Shown piece after piece: positions 28,101-35,455 of a stretch of DNA of 64,000 nucleotides (position 1 is its first letter; the number at the start of each line of letters is the position of its first letter). The stretch comes from Bacteroidales bacterium (GTDB lineage Bacteria > Bacteroidota > Bacteroidia > Bacteroidales > 4484-276), in NCBI GenBank assembly GCA_035647615.1, contig DASRND010000010.1, positions 8,619-72,618 of the forward strand, written 5' to 3'. The notes beneath the pieces were generated by a model. That model was not told where the DNA came from and did not search any database. It was given only the letters and a program-made list of their open reading frames with translations. The position numbers were made by a program, and so were the translations under genes.

Positions 28101-29622
28101 CAGACAGTTCATCGAACCCGACGTAGTTACTCCACAATCTAATGAACTTTGTGCTTCCATGCTATGTGCTGCAGGCTGCAACTACATCTTCCTTCTCACC
28201 GACCAATTTGGCGACGGATGGAACGGCGCAAGCTTTACCATCATGCAGGGTGGATCTGAAATTGGAACCTACACACTTGCCTCAGGTGACATGGAAATTT
28301 TAGAAGTTAGTCTCTGCGATGCTACTGAAACCTCTTTCATCTGGAATAGTGGCTTGTATGATGGTGAATGTGCTTTCGAGATATATGATCCCGAATACAA
28401 TTCACTGTATTACTTTGAGTTTTACGAAAACCCATCTAACGGAGAGGTATTCTTCACCTTCATCACCGATTGTCCTGCTCTACTGGGCCAGGATATCGTT
28501 CTGACAGAAGGCTGGAGTGCCTGGTCGTCATACATGGCACTTGTTGATCCCGCTGACATTTCGGATGTAATGGCTCCCGTTGTCGACGACATGGTGATGA
28601 CGAAACATTTCGAAGAGATATTCTATCCTGACTATGGCCTCAACACCATCGGTATGTTCAGTAACAACCATGGATATCTTACCAACATGACTGCCGAGCG
28701 CACCCTCACCATCAGCGGTGAAATGGCCGATCCGACCATCTACCTCCAAACTGGCTGGAACCTCATTTCTGTTCTGCAGGAATGCTCCATCCTGGCCGAG
28801 GGCGTATTTAGCAGCATCAATGGTTTTGATATCGCATGGGAACCCACCGGAAACGGAATTTACTATCCGGAAGGCAACCTTTACACACTTACCAACCTGA
28901 TACCAGGCAAAGCTTACTACGTGAATGTTACGGAAGCCGGAGAATACACTTATCCCGGCTGCGACAAATCTTCGGGCAATATGTTCAGCGCTCCGCTGAG
29001 AGCTGCCAACACCACCTCCTGGAACGACGTAACCTACACTGGCGTTAACCATGTGGTAGTATTTGATCAGAAAGCTACCAACAACCTGCGCATCGGCGAC
29101 ATGATTGGTGCTTTTGCTAACGGATCGGTTTGTGCCGGTCTGGTAGAATACACAGGTGCTAATCTTGGCTTCACACTCTTTGGCGACGACATCTCTACAC
29201 CTGGCGCTGAAGGCTTCGTTGACGGCAACGTCATCACCTACAAAGTCTTCCGTGCCGAAACCGGTGAAGAGTTTACCATGGATGTGATCTACAGCCTGGA
29301 TGCTCCCAACAGCAGCACCTTTGCTGCCTACGGTCTGTCAGTAATTACTGACCTGAAACTTGCTCCGCTCTCCATTGGCGAAAACACGCTGAAAAACCTG
29401 TCGATATATCCGAATCCTTCGTCAGGCATCTTCAACATCGCCGTTAGCGGACTTGATACACAAGTCGACTACGTTGTAATGAATGCCCAGGGGCAGGAAG
29501 TTTACAACGGCAACCTGATGGAATCGCAGCAGCTCGACCTGAGCAACGAAGCCAAAGGTGTCTACTTCATTAAGTTTATCAGCGACAGCGTTCTCAGAGT
29601 AGAGAAGCTGGTTATTAGATAG
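19117..29622 (+). CDS. giant secreted multidomain protein B (3501 aa), T9SS cargo, paralog of A
   Basis: Signal peptide MKFSSLLILLLFVTGGIWGQ. Same module vocabulary as A: two Fn3-like modules, E.FE..P..W beta-sandwich modules, two CarboxypepD_reg-like modules, three GDDCDNP modules, two CILEMPAGAIAEGEPCIE modules and a GEVED motif (SYGEVEDYTITV). It also has a unique GDGWNG module. Same C-terminal sorting domain as A. Confidence 0.9.
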   Translation: MKFSSLLILLLFVTGGIWGQVPGPNLNEGFEDGIPDNWTVLNLDGGANQWVSSTTYPRTGTHSARIGYETSSLNNNDWLITPPLYVTSATTDEISFWLRTYSATYADPWEVLVSTTNTSPASFTIIDSGDGMLGEYVQKTYSLDSYGDAVVYLAVRYLGAYDWSLYVDDFIGPPMMVPTCPKPTGLTAQNPTINSIELGWTAGNTETMWDVLYGTAGFDPETEGTLVTGIESNPYVLENLTPSTVYEYYVRAVCGEDEVSLWAGPKLFNTLCTSVSLPLIEHFTYVTTPELPLCWSSIVTNTTNTFANVQTTTLYPVSPPNSVKLYNSTADTAEILLITPEISDPLAGNRVMFSARGGANYSLLIGTLSDPTDPATFTMVGEVSPTGDHSPFQVSFADYAGTDSYIVFKHGNMGKSQTIYIDDIVIEELPDCIEPIELTVSNITNNTALLGWTAQGDETTWDIVYGTSGFDPQTGGTTVAGVTVNPYTVTGLTSATTHEFYVRADCGGDVSVWSGPVAFVTLCDPFDLPFLENFDGAATGSFPICWSKAGLATTNWTISNSSNALGTAPELRFGYSPSFTGEALMVSPVINTTGETSLAIEFKHYYDDYAVPFTFGMKTTSDGTTWNTIWEVVDPVGNIGPEEVLIDVNNSDVGSPTFQFAFFVDGYTFNMNNWYMDDIHVFVPQVGNLEGTVTEATRGPIEGALITADDHQTYTDASGYYIIENMMTGIYDVTCEAEGYFPVTVEGVEILADQTIAQDFTLGYATISVTPESLLQNILSGETATQMLTISNAEGTGPLNWKAQIQLQEPSDFYFLNTQQKKMKPNANVDETDPNSTHGNPVSTDAMYDLLGSFPLFDVGGTYSSATDGNFIYTGRWNANQYDKYDMEGNHIESFSIPGAGLTRDLTYDGQYFYGSPNSDLIYQMDFETQTLVSTIVASGNAIRGIAYDEDDDAFWVAGSSFSGPFRQISREGTVLQTVTTTLGGMSGLAYDNVSPDGPYLWAYTPSTSTGAHIINKINITTGSVIESFDVTTTGITVLPGGTSGGLNITNLAVPGKWVIMGIVQNEIAWILELADSDSWLTLDISSGVVNPGESTDVEVTFDAGELPMGTYLADIKITHNGQEPTDGSVIVPVSMIVTEPGAPLPPYNPIPPSGATLVSLQPELSWTNGAGTSEVQVNIRTVTGPFTTTVYKSEWFTGSSFDLADVPLTLMADKEYNWRVYARNSIATTKGPRWTFTTAGVGTIEGIVTDASTSAPLQGVTITTEPEGYTATTDASGAYSITNVASGTYDVTAALDGYTSESQEVTVGEGQTVIANFELTKPLAPPTNLQAVVEDFVNVNLSWVAPEGGTGGGLYELSYHLGTPNNAYFELWDYVYGVVYDVSGFTNVTIEKADYHHASWGTMGIWDYKLHIVDWDTYTLISSTPVLQTTGDDKWEVNVPLGSIPESGLVGIFLEPMGNAANDAFPNLSSDDNATTTNSFFGPISDFSNLNPGTIGNFLMDLWIMADPLDGGERILVQAPIIEGATTVSHQSRAVHGNISTPIAPIEYTGANRALTGFNVYRNGDFLVNTDASTTEIDDLNLEGGTYAYTVTAVYTEGESEAAGPATVGILPPPVLVSAEPDFLGVELVWEKGTNYPTDAKPGIYTTSNVELMSEKKESAHGITNEVPKATSGRAVGDDCDNPIILDMTTLPVVDVNTTCGRGNNYEETCLGSYDSGEDIVYQFTLTETKDLKFTLATTTSYTGMLITQECPISTNCVTFVTGSGGNKMMQAVLEAGTYYVMIDTWAAPDCIPEFTLTIEEFVVQPGDNCDNPIVIDALPYTDENTTCGRGNTYMETCLGSYDGGQDIVYQIVPTENMKVEFDMTTTATWTGMLITEECPIGMNCVSFITGASGPKTMVVDLVAGTSYYFMLDTYPQPDCFDFTLNVTEIEPCILEMPAGAIAEGEPCIEDEGEDVTNGGCNMDNPMFTPINLGDVIWGTGSTYLVGASKSRDTDWYELVITEPKTVTLTVIAEFPVVAGFIEQTIPGVPGCENITGSISPAELADPCEEFIVSSTLIPGTYYLFVGVSVFEGYPCGTSNNYIAELTSESVFLPHFNVYRDGEQIAESYLMNYYDQADITNGETYCYTVSEVPAVGFETGMSNELCTTVPQTPEIAVNPASITETHIIPPAQITTQTVTLTNNGAGELDWILALEPDGEYCDASTNYEDEFISNVLCGDINNPSGWQSAISDYTDISTNIAPGASEPIIVTNGSPSSSDKATCWVDWNLDYTFGVGTSEEFILTTDDGAATFTGDITVPEGTPAGSYRMRVRLTYSTAPAPCGVASYGEVEDYTITVGQSWLSADLLEGTLAPGASTDITLTFDSEGMEVGVYNKELNFMSNDPITPILTVPVQLSVEISAIGTIAGHVTDALSRGPVANATITIDELRYTTTTDEDGFYELEVQAGDYLVTAAKTGYITQTAEVTVVVDLTTTQDFLLEFAAPILLYANGGVGEINLGWTGNPAAPYDNDARYSVTNMEYKNNVALIDKDEQAHGITNELPKATSGREIGDDCDNPWILDVTTLPVVDTNTTCGRGNTYSETCLGNYDGGEDIVYQFTLTEAKMLKLTLTTATTWTGMLITQECPISTNCVTFITGSTGNKVITTALEAGTYYVMMDTWPTPNCIDELIFTIDEFIPEPGELCTTAIDYGFVNDDPVLGAIEPSEAVWYSFTADQNFGSVDVSLCGSSFDTKLEVWYNCDDATYAYYNDDSQVCNAKAAQSFISTGPMQAGQTWYAKVYGYSTNAGDYILEITGVEACVLEMPAGAIAEGEPCIENEGEDVTNGGCNMDEPMFTTINCGDVIWGSSSTYLVGTSKRRDTDWYQLEITEPKTVTFSVTAEFPSVAGIVEQTVPGVAGCENITGSISPAATAEPCEEASVTVTLVPGTYYFFVGISVFEGYPCGMSNNYIAELTCEEAFIPYYDVFRDDAFLAQTYLETYTDNEVLPDVEYCYTVRQFIEPDVVTPQSNELCASMLCAAGCNYIFLLTDQFGDGWNGASFTIMQGGSEIGTYTLASGDMEILEVSLCDATETSFIWNSGLYDGECAFEIYDPEYNSLYYFEFYENPSNGEVFFTFITDCPALLGQDIVLTEGWSAWSSYMALVDPADISDVMAPVVDDMVMTKHFEEIFYPDYGLNTIGMFSNNHGYLTNMTAERTLTISGEMADPTIYLQTGWNLISVLQECSILAEGVFSSINGFDIAWEPTGNGIYYPEGNLYTLTNLIPGKAYYVNVTEAGEYTYPGCDKSSGNMFSAPLRAANTTSWNDVTYTGVNHVVVFDQKATNNLRIGDMIGAFANGSVCAGLVEYTGANLGFTLFGDDISTPGAEGFVDGNVITYKVFRAETGEEFTMDVIYSLDAPNSSTFAAYGLSVITDLKLAPLSIGENTLKNLSIYPNPSSGIFNIAVSGLDTQVDYVVMNAQGQEVYNGNLMESQQLDLSNEAKGVYFIKFISDSVLRVEKLVIR
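25711..26130 (+). other. GEVED-type domain within protein B
   Basis: GEYCDASTNYEDEFISNV...AGSYRMRVRLTYS...CGVASYGEVEDYTITV. Confidence 0.6.
29368..29619 (+). other. T9SS (Por) C-terminal sorting domain of protein B
   Basis: LSIGENTLKNLSIYPNPSSGIFNIAVSGLDTQVDYVVMNAQGQEVYNGNL...KGVYFIKFISDSVLRVEKLVIR. Confidence 0.85.
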
Positions 29623-29648
29623 GCTTGATTGAAATTTGTTAAAAGAAA

Positions 29649-29677
29649 CCCTCTGCCGTCTGGCAGAGGGTTTTTTT
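29649..29677 (+). terminator. rho-independent terminator of gene B
   Basis: ccctctgcc-gtct-ggcagaggg hairpin followed by a T7 run. Confidence 0.8.
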
Positions 29678-29700
29678 GTGCTTTTTAGATAAAATCGGGA

Positions 29701-29790
29701 ATCGTTATTCGTTATTTGTTATTCGTTATTTGTTAATGGTTAATCGTAAACGTCATTTATAAATCGTCCTTCGTAAATCGTCATTATTAA
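29701..29790. repeat. AT-rich word repeats (cgttattcgttatttgttattcgttatttg; aatcgtaaacgtc / aaatcgtcc / cgtaaatcgtc)
   Basis: Direct reading. Related to the array at 4571..4605. Confidence 0.65.
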
Positions 29791-29816
29791 TACCTTCGCG
29801 CAAAAATATTTTTGAT

Positions 29817-32408
29817 ATGAAAAAATGGCTCCTTTTCTTATTTATCAGCGCAATGCTCCTGGCTTGCAGCCGAACTGAAAACACATTTACGGAAGTGATA
29901 AAAACTGCTATTGGCACCGACTGGCAATTCCGTCAGGCCGACAGCAGCAGGTGGCATCCTGCCACTGTTCCGGGCACAGTACATACCGATTTGCTGGCCA
30001 ACCAAATGATTGAAGACCCGTTTTACCGCCTCAACGAAAAGCAGCAGCAGTGGATCGACAAGGTTGATTGGGAATATCAAGCCAGTTTTATCCTCTCTGA
30101 AGATATTTTGCGAAAGCAACACATCGAGCTGGTTTTTGAAGGACTCGACACCTACGCGGATGTTTTCCTCAACGACACTCTTATTCTTACTGCCGACAAC
30201 ATGTTCCGCACCTGGCGTATCGATTGCAAACCTTATCTAAAACCGGAAAATAATTTGCATATCGTCCTGAAATCCCCCATCAAAATCGGACTTCAAAAAT
30301 TAGATGATCTGGGCTATCAGTTACCTGCTGACAACGACCAGTCGGAAAATGGCGGGCTTGGCAAGCAGCGGGTGAGCATTTTTACGCGAAAGGCGGGTTA
30401 TCATTTTGGCTGGGATTGGGGGCCGCGGCTTGTTACATCAGGCATCTGGCGTCCGATCAGCATCGAAGCCTGGAGCCAGGCACGGATTGAGGATGCACAA
30501 ATCATCCAAAACCAACTCGACAACGAAAATGCAAATCTGACGATGGTGACGGAAGTGAAAGTTGACACTTTGCTACCGGCAACAATCGAAGTATGGTGTC
30601 AAAATAGTCAGCTTGCTTCCGAAAAGTTGCAGTTGCTGGCAGGGTCACATTTTTATGAAATGGATTTTGAAATTAATAACCCGAAACTCTGGTGGCCAAA
30701 CGGTTTGGGTGAAGCGTTTTTGTACCCCATCACCCTGAAGTTGATAATTGATAAGACACTGGCAGATACTGCACATATCGACGTTGGCCTGCGTACTTTG
30801 CAACTGGTACGCGAGCCTGACAGCGCTGGAGAGAGTTTTTATTTTGAAGTGAATGGTAGACCTGTTTTCGCCAAGGGCGCCAATTACATTCCCAACGATA
30901 TTTTTTTGCCGCGGGTAACTCCTCAGCATTATGAGCAAGTAGTTCAGGCTGCCGCCGATGCCAACATGAACATGCTACGCGTGTGGGGGGGCGGCATTTA
31001 CGAAGATGATCTTTTTTATGATCTCTGCGACCGCCACGGCATCATGATTTGGCAGGACTTTATGTTTGCCTGCGCCATGTACCCCGGCGATAACGCATTT
31101 CTGGAAAACGTCCACCACGAAGCAACCGACAACGTGAAGCGGCTGCGCAACCACCCTTGTCTGGCACTTTGGTGTGGCAACAATGAAATAGAAAACGCCT
31201 GGGGACCTTATGACGAAAACCGCGGCTGGGGCTGGAAGCAACGACATTCCGCCGGCGAACGTGCAGAGATTTGGCAGGCATACGACACGCTCTTTCACAA
31301 CATCCTTCCGCAATTAGTGCAACAGCTCGACGAAAAAACACCTTACTGGCACTCCTCGCCTTCGGCAGGCATGGGTAAGCTCGCCGGCGAGGACACTCCC
31401 TCGGGCGACGTGCATTATTGGGGTGTATGGCACGGCCAGCATCCTTTTGCTGATTATAAAAAATACAAAGCCCGCTTTATGAGCGAGTACGGATTTCAGT
31501 CGTTCCCGACAATGGCGTCTGTAGCCAAATTTACCGAACCACAGGATTGGGATTTGGACTCAGGGGTGATGACTGCACACCAGCGGTCGGGCATTGGCAA
31601 CCAGCGCATCCGCGCCTACATGGAAAACGACTACGTGGTACCGCAGGATTTCGAACAGCTGCTCTACGTGAGCCAGCTCCTGCAAGCAGAAGCCATACGC
31701 ACTGCTATCGAAGCGCACCGCAGCGCCATGCCTTATTGTATGGGTTCACTTTACTGGCAACTCAACGATGTGTGGCCGGTGGCATCGTGGTCGGGAATGG
31801 ATTCCTATGGACAATGGAAGGCGCTGCATTATGCCGCCAGAGAGGCGTTTAAAAATACAATAGTCACTGTTGATCAAACGGACAGCCTACTGCGATTTAT
31901 AGTGGTTTCGGATTTGGCAGAAACGCGAAAAGCCATTTTACAAATGGAAGTCATGAGTTTTGATGGGGACACCTTATTTAATAAAAATATTCTGATCACC
32001 ATCCCGGCGAACCAGGCACAGGAAGTTTTTGCGATAAGCATGCCTGAAATTTTGGCAAAAGCCAATCCACAAGAAGTGCTGCTAAGTGTGCGGCTGATGC
32101 AAGATGTTCAAATAATCGACAGAGCGCTGCATTATTTCGTCAGCCCGAAGGATATGCTGCTGCCTGATCCGGAAATAAAGCTGGATGTTTCAAAGGCAGA
32201 TGGTGGTGTAAAGATTGCGATAAGCGCAGACAAACTGGTAAAAAACCTCTTTTTGATGCATCAATCTGACGAAAATCATTTTTCCGACAACTTCTTTGAT
32301 TTGCCTGCCGGCGAAACAAAGGAAGTTTTTGTTGCCACAAATAGCGCTTCAGAAGATTTCCGAAAAGACTTGCGCATCATGCATCTTAAAGAAACTATGG
32401 TGGAATAG
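29817..32408 (+). CDS. GH2-family beta-mannosidase, lipoprotein
   Basis: 863 aa. Lipobox LLAC. WQFRQ...WHPATVPGTVHTDL N-terminus. WCGNNEIENAW (acid/base) and FMSEYGFQSFP (nucleophile) motifs. Confidence 0.85.
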   Translation: MKKWLLFLFISAMLLACSRTENTFTEVIKTAIGTDWQFRQADSSRWHPATVPGTVHTDLLANQMIEDPFYRLNEKQQQWIDKVDWEYQASFILSEDILRKQHIELVFEGLDTYADVFLNDTLILTADNMFRTWRIDCKPYLKPENNLHIVLKSPIKIGLQKLDDLGYQLPADNDQSENGGLGKQRVSIFTRKAGYHFGWDWGPRLVTSGIWRPISIEAWSQARIEDAQIIQNQLDNENANLTMVTEVKVDTLLPATIEVWCQNSQLASEKLQLLAGSHFYEMDFEINNPKLWWPNGLGEAFLYPITLKLIIDKTLADTAHIDVGLRTLQLVREPDSAGESFYFEVNGRPVFAKGANYIPNDIFLPRVTPQHYEQVVQAAADANMNMLRVWGGGIYEDDLFYDLCDRHGIMIWQDFMFACAMYPGDNAFLENVHHEATDNVKRLRNHPCLALWCGNNEIENAWGPYDENRGWGWKQRHSAGERAEIWQAYDTLFHNILPQLVQQLDEKTPYWHSSPSAGMGKLAGEDTPSGDVHYWGVWHGQHPFADYKKYKARFMSEYGFQSFPTMASVAKFTEPQDWDLDSGVMTAHQRSGIGNQRIRAYMENDYVVPQDFEQLLYVSQLLQAEAIRTAIEAHRSAMPYCMGSLYWQLNDVWPVASWSGMDSYGQWKALHYAAREAFKNTIVTVDQTDSLLRFIVVSDLAETRKAILQMEVMSFDGDTLFNKNILITIPANQAQEVFAISMPEILAKANPQEVLLSVRLMQDVQIIDRALHYFVSPKDMLLPDPEIKLDVSKADGGVKIAISADKLVKNLFLMHQSDENHFSDNFFDLPAGETKEVFVATNSASEDFRKDLRIMHLKETMVE

Positions 32409-32499
32409 TAAAAGACAGAAAGCATTTCTCCACATATCTCATCCGCACGGGATATTTGTTCGTAATGGAACTCCCAAACATTTCCATAAAGGCTTTGTT

Positions 32500-32889
32500 A
32501 TGCCATCAACAATCAACAACGAAAAACTTATGCGACCTTACATTACGAATTTAATTTTTGCCATTTTGCTCATCGTTCTTAGCCTGTGGGGATACTTTGC
32601 CAGCCCTTCACCGTCGTTCACCACTTTTATTCCGACTGCCTTTGGGGTTTTGTTTCTGGCTATGACGCCGGTGATGAAACGTGAAAACAAAAACACAGCA
32701 CACATCGTGGTAGCACTTACACTGCTGCTGGTGATAGCGCTTGTAAAACCGCTCACCGCCGCCATTGGCCGCAGCGACACAGCAGCTACGGTTCGCGTGG
32801 CCATCATGCTGGCAGGGGGTTTGGCGTCAATGATCATCTACATCAATAGTTTTATTAATGCTCGCCGCAGCAAAAAAACCACTCGCTAA
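32500..32889 (+). CDS. small integral membrane protein (4 predicted TM helices), function unknown
   Basis: Downstream part of ORF 32296..32889, starting at MPSTINNEKLMRPYITNLIFAILLIVLSLWGYF. The upstream part overlaps the mannosidase gene. Confidence 0.5.
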   Translation: MPSTINNEKLMRPYITNLIFAILLIVLSLWGYFASPSPSFTTFIPTAFGVLFLAMTPVMKRENKNTAHIVVALTLLLVIALVKPLTAAIGRSDTAATVRVAIMLAGGLASMIIYINSFINARRSKKTTR

Positions 32890-35294
32890 AACGAAATGGT
32901 GGCGCCTGCCAGAAAGTTGATGGGTGCTTGTGGGAAATAACCGTTGTCCATGTATTCGTTGCCTTCGGAATAATAACGATAAACCCACGCATTAGACGAA
33001 TATTTGGTGCTGAACAGGTTAGAGATATTAGCAAAAAGTTCCACCCTGCTGAACAACTTAGTTCCAAATCCATAGCTAATGTTGAGGTCATTCACAAAAT
33101 AAGCGTCGATCATCCGCTTGTCGCTCGAAGTGTTGTCGATGTACTGACGACCCACATATTTTGCAACAACTGCCACCGATAGGTTTTCGATGGGAATAAA
33201 CTGAATGGTGCCTCCCGCCACTACATCAGGCGAAAAGGAAAGGTCGGTATCGGTGAGTTCGTTTTCGAGCTGATGGTAGGGCGGGCTCCAGTTATCCACA
33301 AACGCCACGTACTGTTTTATCCGGTTCCTGCTCAGTGCGGCATTGGCTTCCAGATGCAGCCATCCGGTGGCCTTTACACCCGCCACCAACTCCACACCCG
33401 CACGATAGCTGTCGGGCACATTGGTAAAAATGGGCGCGCCGGTTTTGTTTATTTCACCGGTGAGCACCAGTTGATCTTTGTAATCCATATAATACAAATT
33501 CATGTTCAGACGAACCTTACCCGCGCTGTAATTGTAACCCAGCTCATAGTCGGTAAGCCTTTCAGCTTGCGGCTCGTGGTTTTCATCGGCATCGCGAAAG
33601 TCGCTGCGCGTAGGCTCACGATTTGCGATGGCAAACGAAAAATATACCTGATGATGGTTGTTGGGCTGATACATGGCGCCAAACTTCGGATTAAAAAATA
33701 AGAAATCGTGCTCCTGCGTAATGTCGCTCATATCGTCGTGCGTGCCGTCAATTTGGTAGTGAATTCCCCGCATCTGCAAATCAACAAAAGCATTCAGTAC
33801 TTTGGTGATTTGATAATTAATTTTCCCATAAATATTAAATTGTCTCTTTATGCCTTCATTTTCATACCATCGCTTGTCGAGGTTATTGGCATCCGAATAT
33901 TTGCTCCAGATCACGTTGCCGTAATGGTTGCCGTCGTAGTAATTCCAGCCGCCACCCACAGAAGCCGTGATCTTATCAAAACTATTATAGTTTCCTGAAA
34001 AGGTAAAACCATAAAAATCGTTGTCGAGATATTTGCGTGCGATCAAATCAGAAGCGCGCATCGTGTCGCCATTCACCACCACATTATCCAAACCATATTT
34101 GGCAAATTTCCCTTTGGATTTATAGCTCTCATAATATCCATAGCCACGCACGTAAAAGGCCGCAGCATTGATGTTGATTTTGCGACTTACCATCTGCGAA
34201 AGCAACAACTGATAATGATTCTGCTGGTAATTGTCGGTTTGGTTGTCGTAATAAGCCAGTTTCCCTTGATCATCCGTGTATTCGCCGGCGGGGTTGTAGG
34301 TGCGGTTGGTGGCCAGGCTGTCGGAAGGAATGCCATACCACGCCTGGTAGGTTTTTTGTTTTCCCGAAGTTACGTTAACACGCACAATGGTTTTGGCGCC
34401 ATAATATCCGCCACTGAGATAAAAACTTTTAAGATCAGAAGAAGCCCTGTCGATGTATCCGTCGGACGTAATTTTCGAAAGGCGGCCATCGATTGCAAAG
34501 CGACCGTTGAGCAAACCTGAGCCAAACGAGATCGTATTTTTAAAAGTCCGGTAGCTTCCTGCCGAGCTGCTAATGCGTGCATACGGTTCGGCCTGGAGTT
34601 TTTGTGTCTGCATGTTGATGCTTGCGCCAAAAGCTGCTGCCCCGTTGGTGCTGGTGCCCACGCCGCGCTGTATTTGTATGTTATCAACAGAACTGGCCAG
34701 GTCGGGCATATTTACCCAAAAAAGACCTTGCGACTCGGGATCGTTCATCGGTATCCCGTTCACGGTAACGTTGATGCGTGTGATGTCGGTGCCGCGGATG
34801 CGGATGCCGCTGTAACCTACGCCGGCGCCTGCATCAGTGGTAACAACAGTTGCTGGTGTAGATCGCAGCAGCAAGGGCAGGTCTTTGCCCAGGTTTTGTG
34901 TTTTAAGTTCCTCCTGGCCCACCTGCTGCCACGTACCAGGCGTTTTCTGACTCAGGCGTGTGGCGGTTATCACCACCTCATCTTCGAGTATGGTGCGAGG
35001 TTGCAACCCAAACTCCATCCGGGTGTCACGCGACAATTCTACTGTGGCCGTTTTTTTCTGGTAACCCAAAAAGGTAACCTCCACCTGAAAGGTACCGGCA
35101 GCCAGGTTTTTCATCACGAAATTACCCTGATGATCGGTTACCGCATTGTGGTAGGAGTTTGCAATAACCACGTGTGCGCCGGGCAGCGACTGACCACTTT
35201 CGGCATCGCGCACGGAGCCCGTAAAAGTGAATTGCGCCCAGAGGAATCCTGGCAGTGCCAATGCCGCCAGCAGCATAAAAAAGTTTTTTGTCAT
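32886..35294 (-). CDS. TonB-dependent outer-membrane receptor with N-terminal CarboxypepD_reg domain
   Basis: 802 aa. Signal peptide, then FTGSVRDAESGQSLPGAHVVI... Plug motifs (ITRINVTVNGIPMNDPESQG). C-terminal ...LAGATISF beta-barrel ending. Confidence 0.9.
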   Translation of the reverse strand: MTKNFFMLLAALALPGFLWAQFTFTGSVRDAESGQSLPGAHVVIANSYHNAVTDHQGNFVMKNLAAGTFQVEVTFLGYQKKTATVELSRDTRMEFGLQPRTILEDEVVITATRLSQKTPGTWQQVGQEELKTQNLGKDLPLLLRSTPATVVTTDAGAGVGYSGIRIRGTDITRINVTVNGIPMNDPESQGLFWVNMPDLASSVDNIQIQRGVGTSTNGAAAFGASINMQTQKLQAEPYARISSSAGSYRTFKNTISFGSGLLNGRFAIDGRLSKITSDGYIDRASSDLKSFYLSGGYYGAKTIVRVNVTSGKQKTYQAWYGIPSDSLATNRTYNPAGEYTDDQGKLAYYDNQTDNYQQNHYQLLLSQMVSRKININAAAFYVRGYGYYESYKSKGKFAKYGLDNVVVNGDTMRASDLIARKYLDNDFYGFTFSGNYNSFDKITASVGGGWNYYDGNHYGNVIWSKYSDANNLDKRWYENEGIKRQFNIYGKINYQITKVLNAFVDLQMRGIHYQIDGTHDDMSDITQEHDFLFFNPKFGAMYQPNNHHQVYFSFAIANREPTRSDFRDADENHEPQAERLTDYELGYNYSAGKVRLNMNLYYMDYKDQLVLTGEINKTGAPIFTNVPDSYRAGVELVAGVKATGWLHLEANAALSRNRIKQYVAFVDNWSPPYHQLENELTDTDLSFSPDVVAGGTIQFIPIENLSVAVVAKYVGRQYIDNTSSDKRMIDAYFVNDLNISYGFGTKLFSRVELFANISNLFSTKYSSNAWVYRYYSEGNEYMDNGYFPQAPINFLAGATISF

Positions 35295-35361
35295 TGTCGA
35301 TTGATTTTTAGTTCAACACATTCAGAAATAAAAATCAATAGAGGAAATAAGGTCAAATAAA

Positions 35362-35450
35362 AGCCATCTTTTCCCTTCGCCGGCATTACCCGGAGCAGGT
35401 TCAATGAGTATGATCTCAGCCCGTAATATTAAGGCACCCCTAGTTGATTC
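35362..35450 (-). ncRNA. TPP (THI-box) riboswitch
   Basis: Minus strand reads CTAGGGGTGCCttaatattacGGGCTGAGAtcatactcattGAACCTGctccGGGTAATGCCGGCGAAGGGAA. This matches the conserved GGGGUGC / CUGAGA / GAACCUG..GG.UAAUGCC.GCG.AGGGA core. It lies ~70 nt upstream of the receptor ATG. Confidence 0.85.
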
Positions 35451-35455
35451 GGTGG

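Noticed and set aside
29807-29814. TATTTTTG promoter-like box in front of the beta-mannosidase gene
   Set aside because: It ends only 2 nt before the ATG. The expected start site would therefore fall inside the coding sequence, so it was not called as a promoter.
34602-35360. 252-aa plus-strand ORF, plus 36492..37286, 46678..47358 and 60759..61325
   Set aside because: All are antisense shadows of well-supported genes (TonB-dependent receptor, GT2, phospho-sugar mutase, pruA) and have no motifs of their own.
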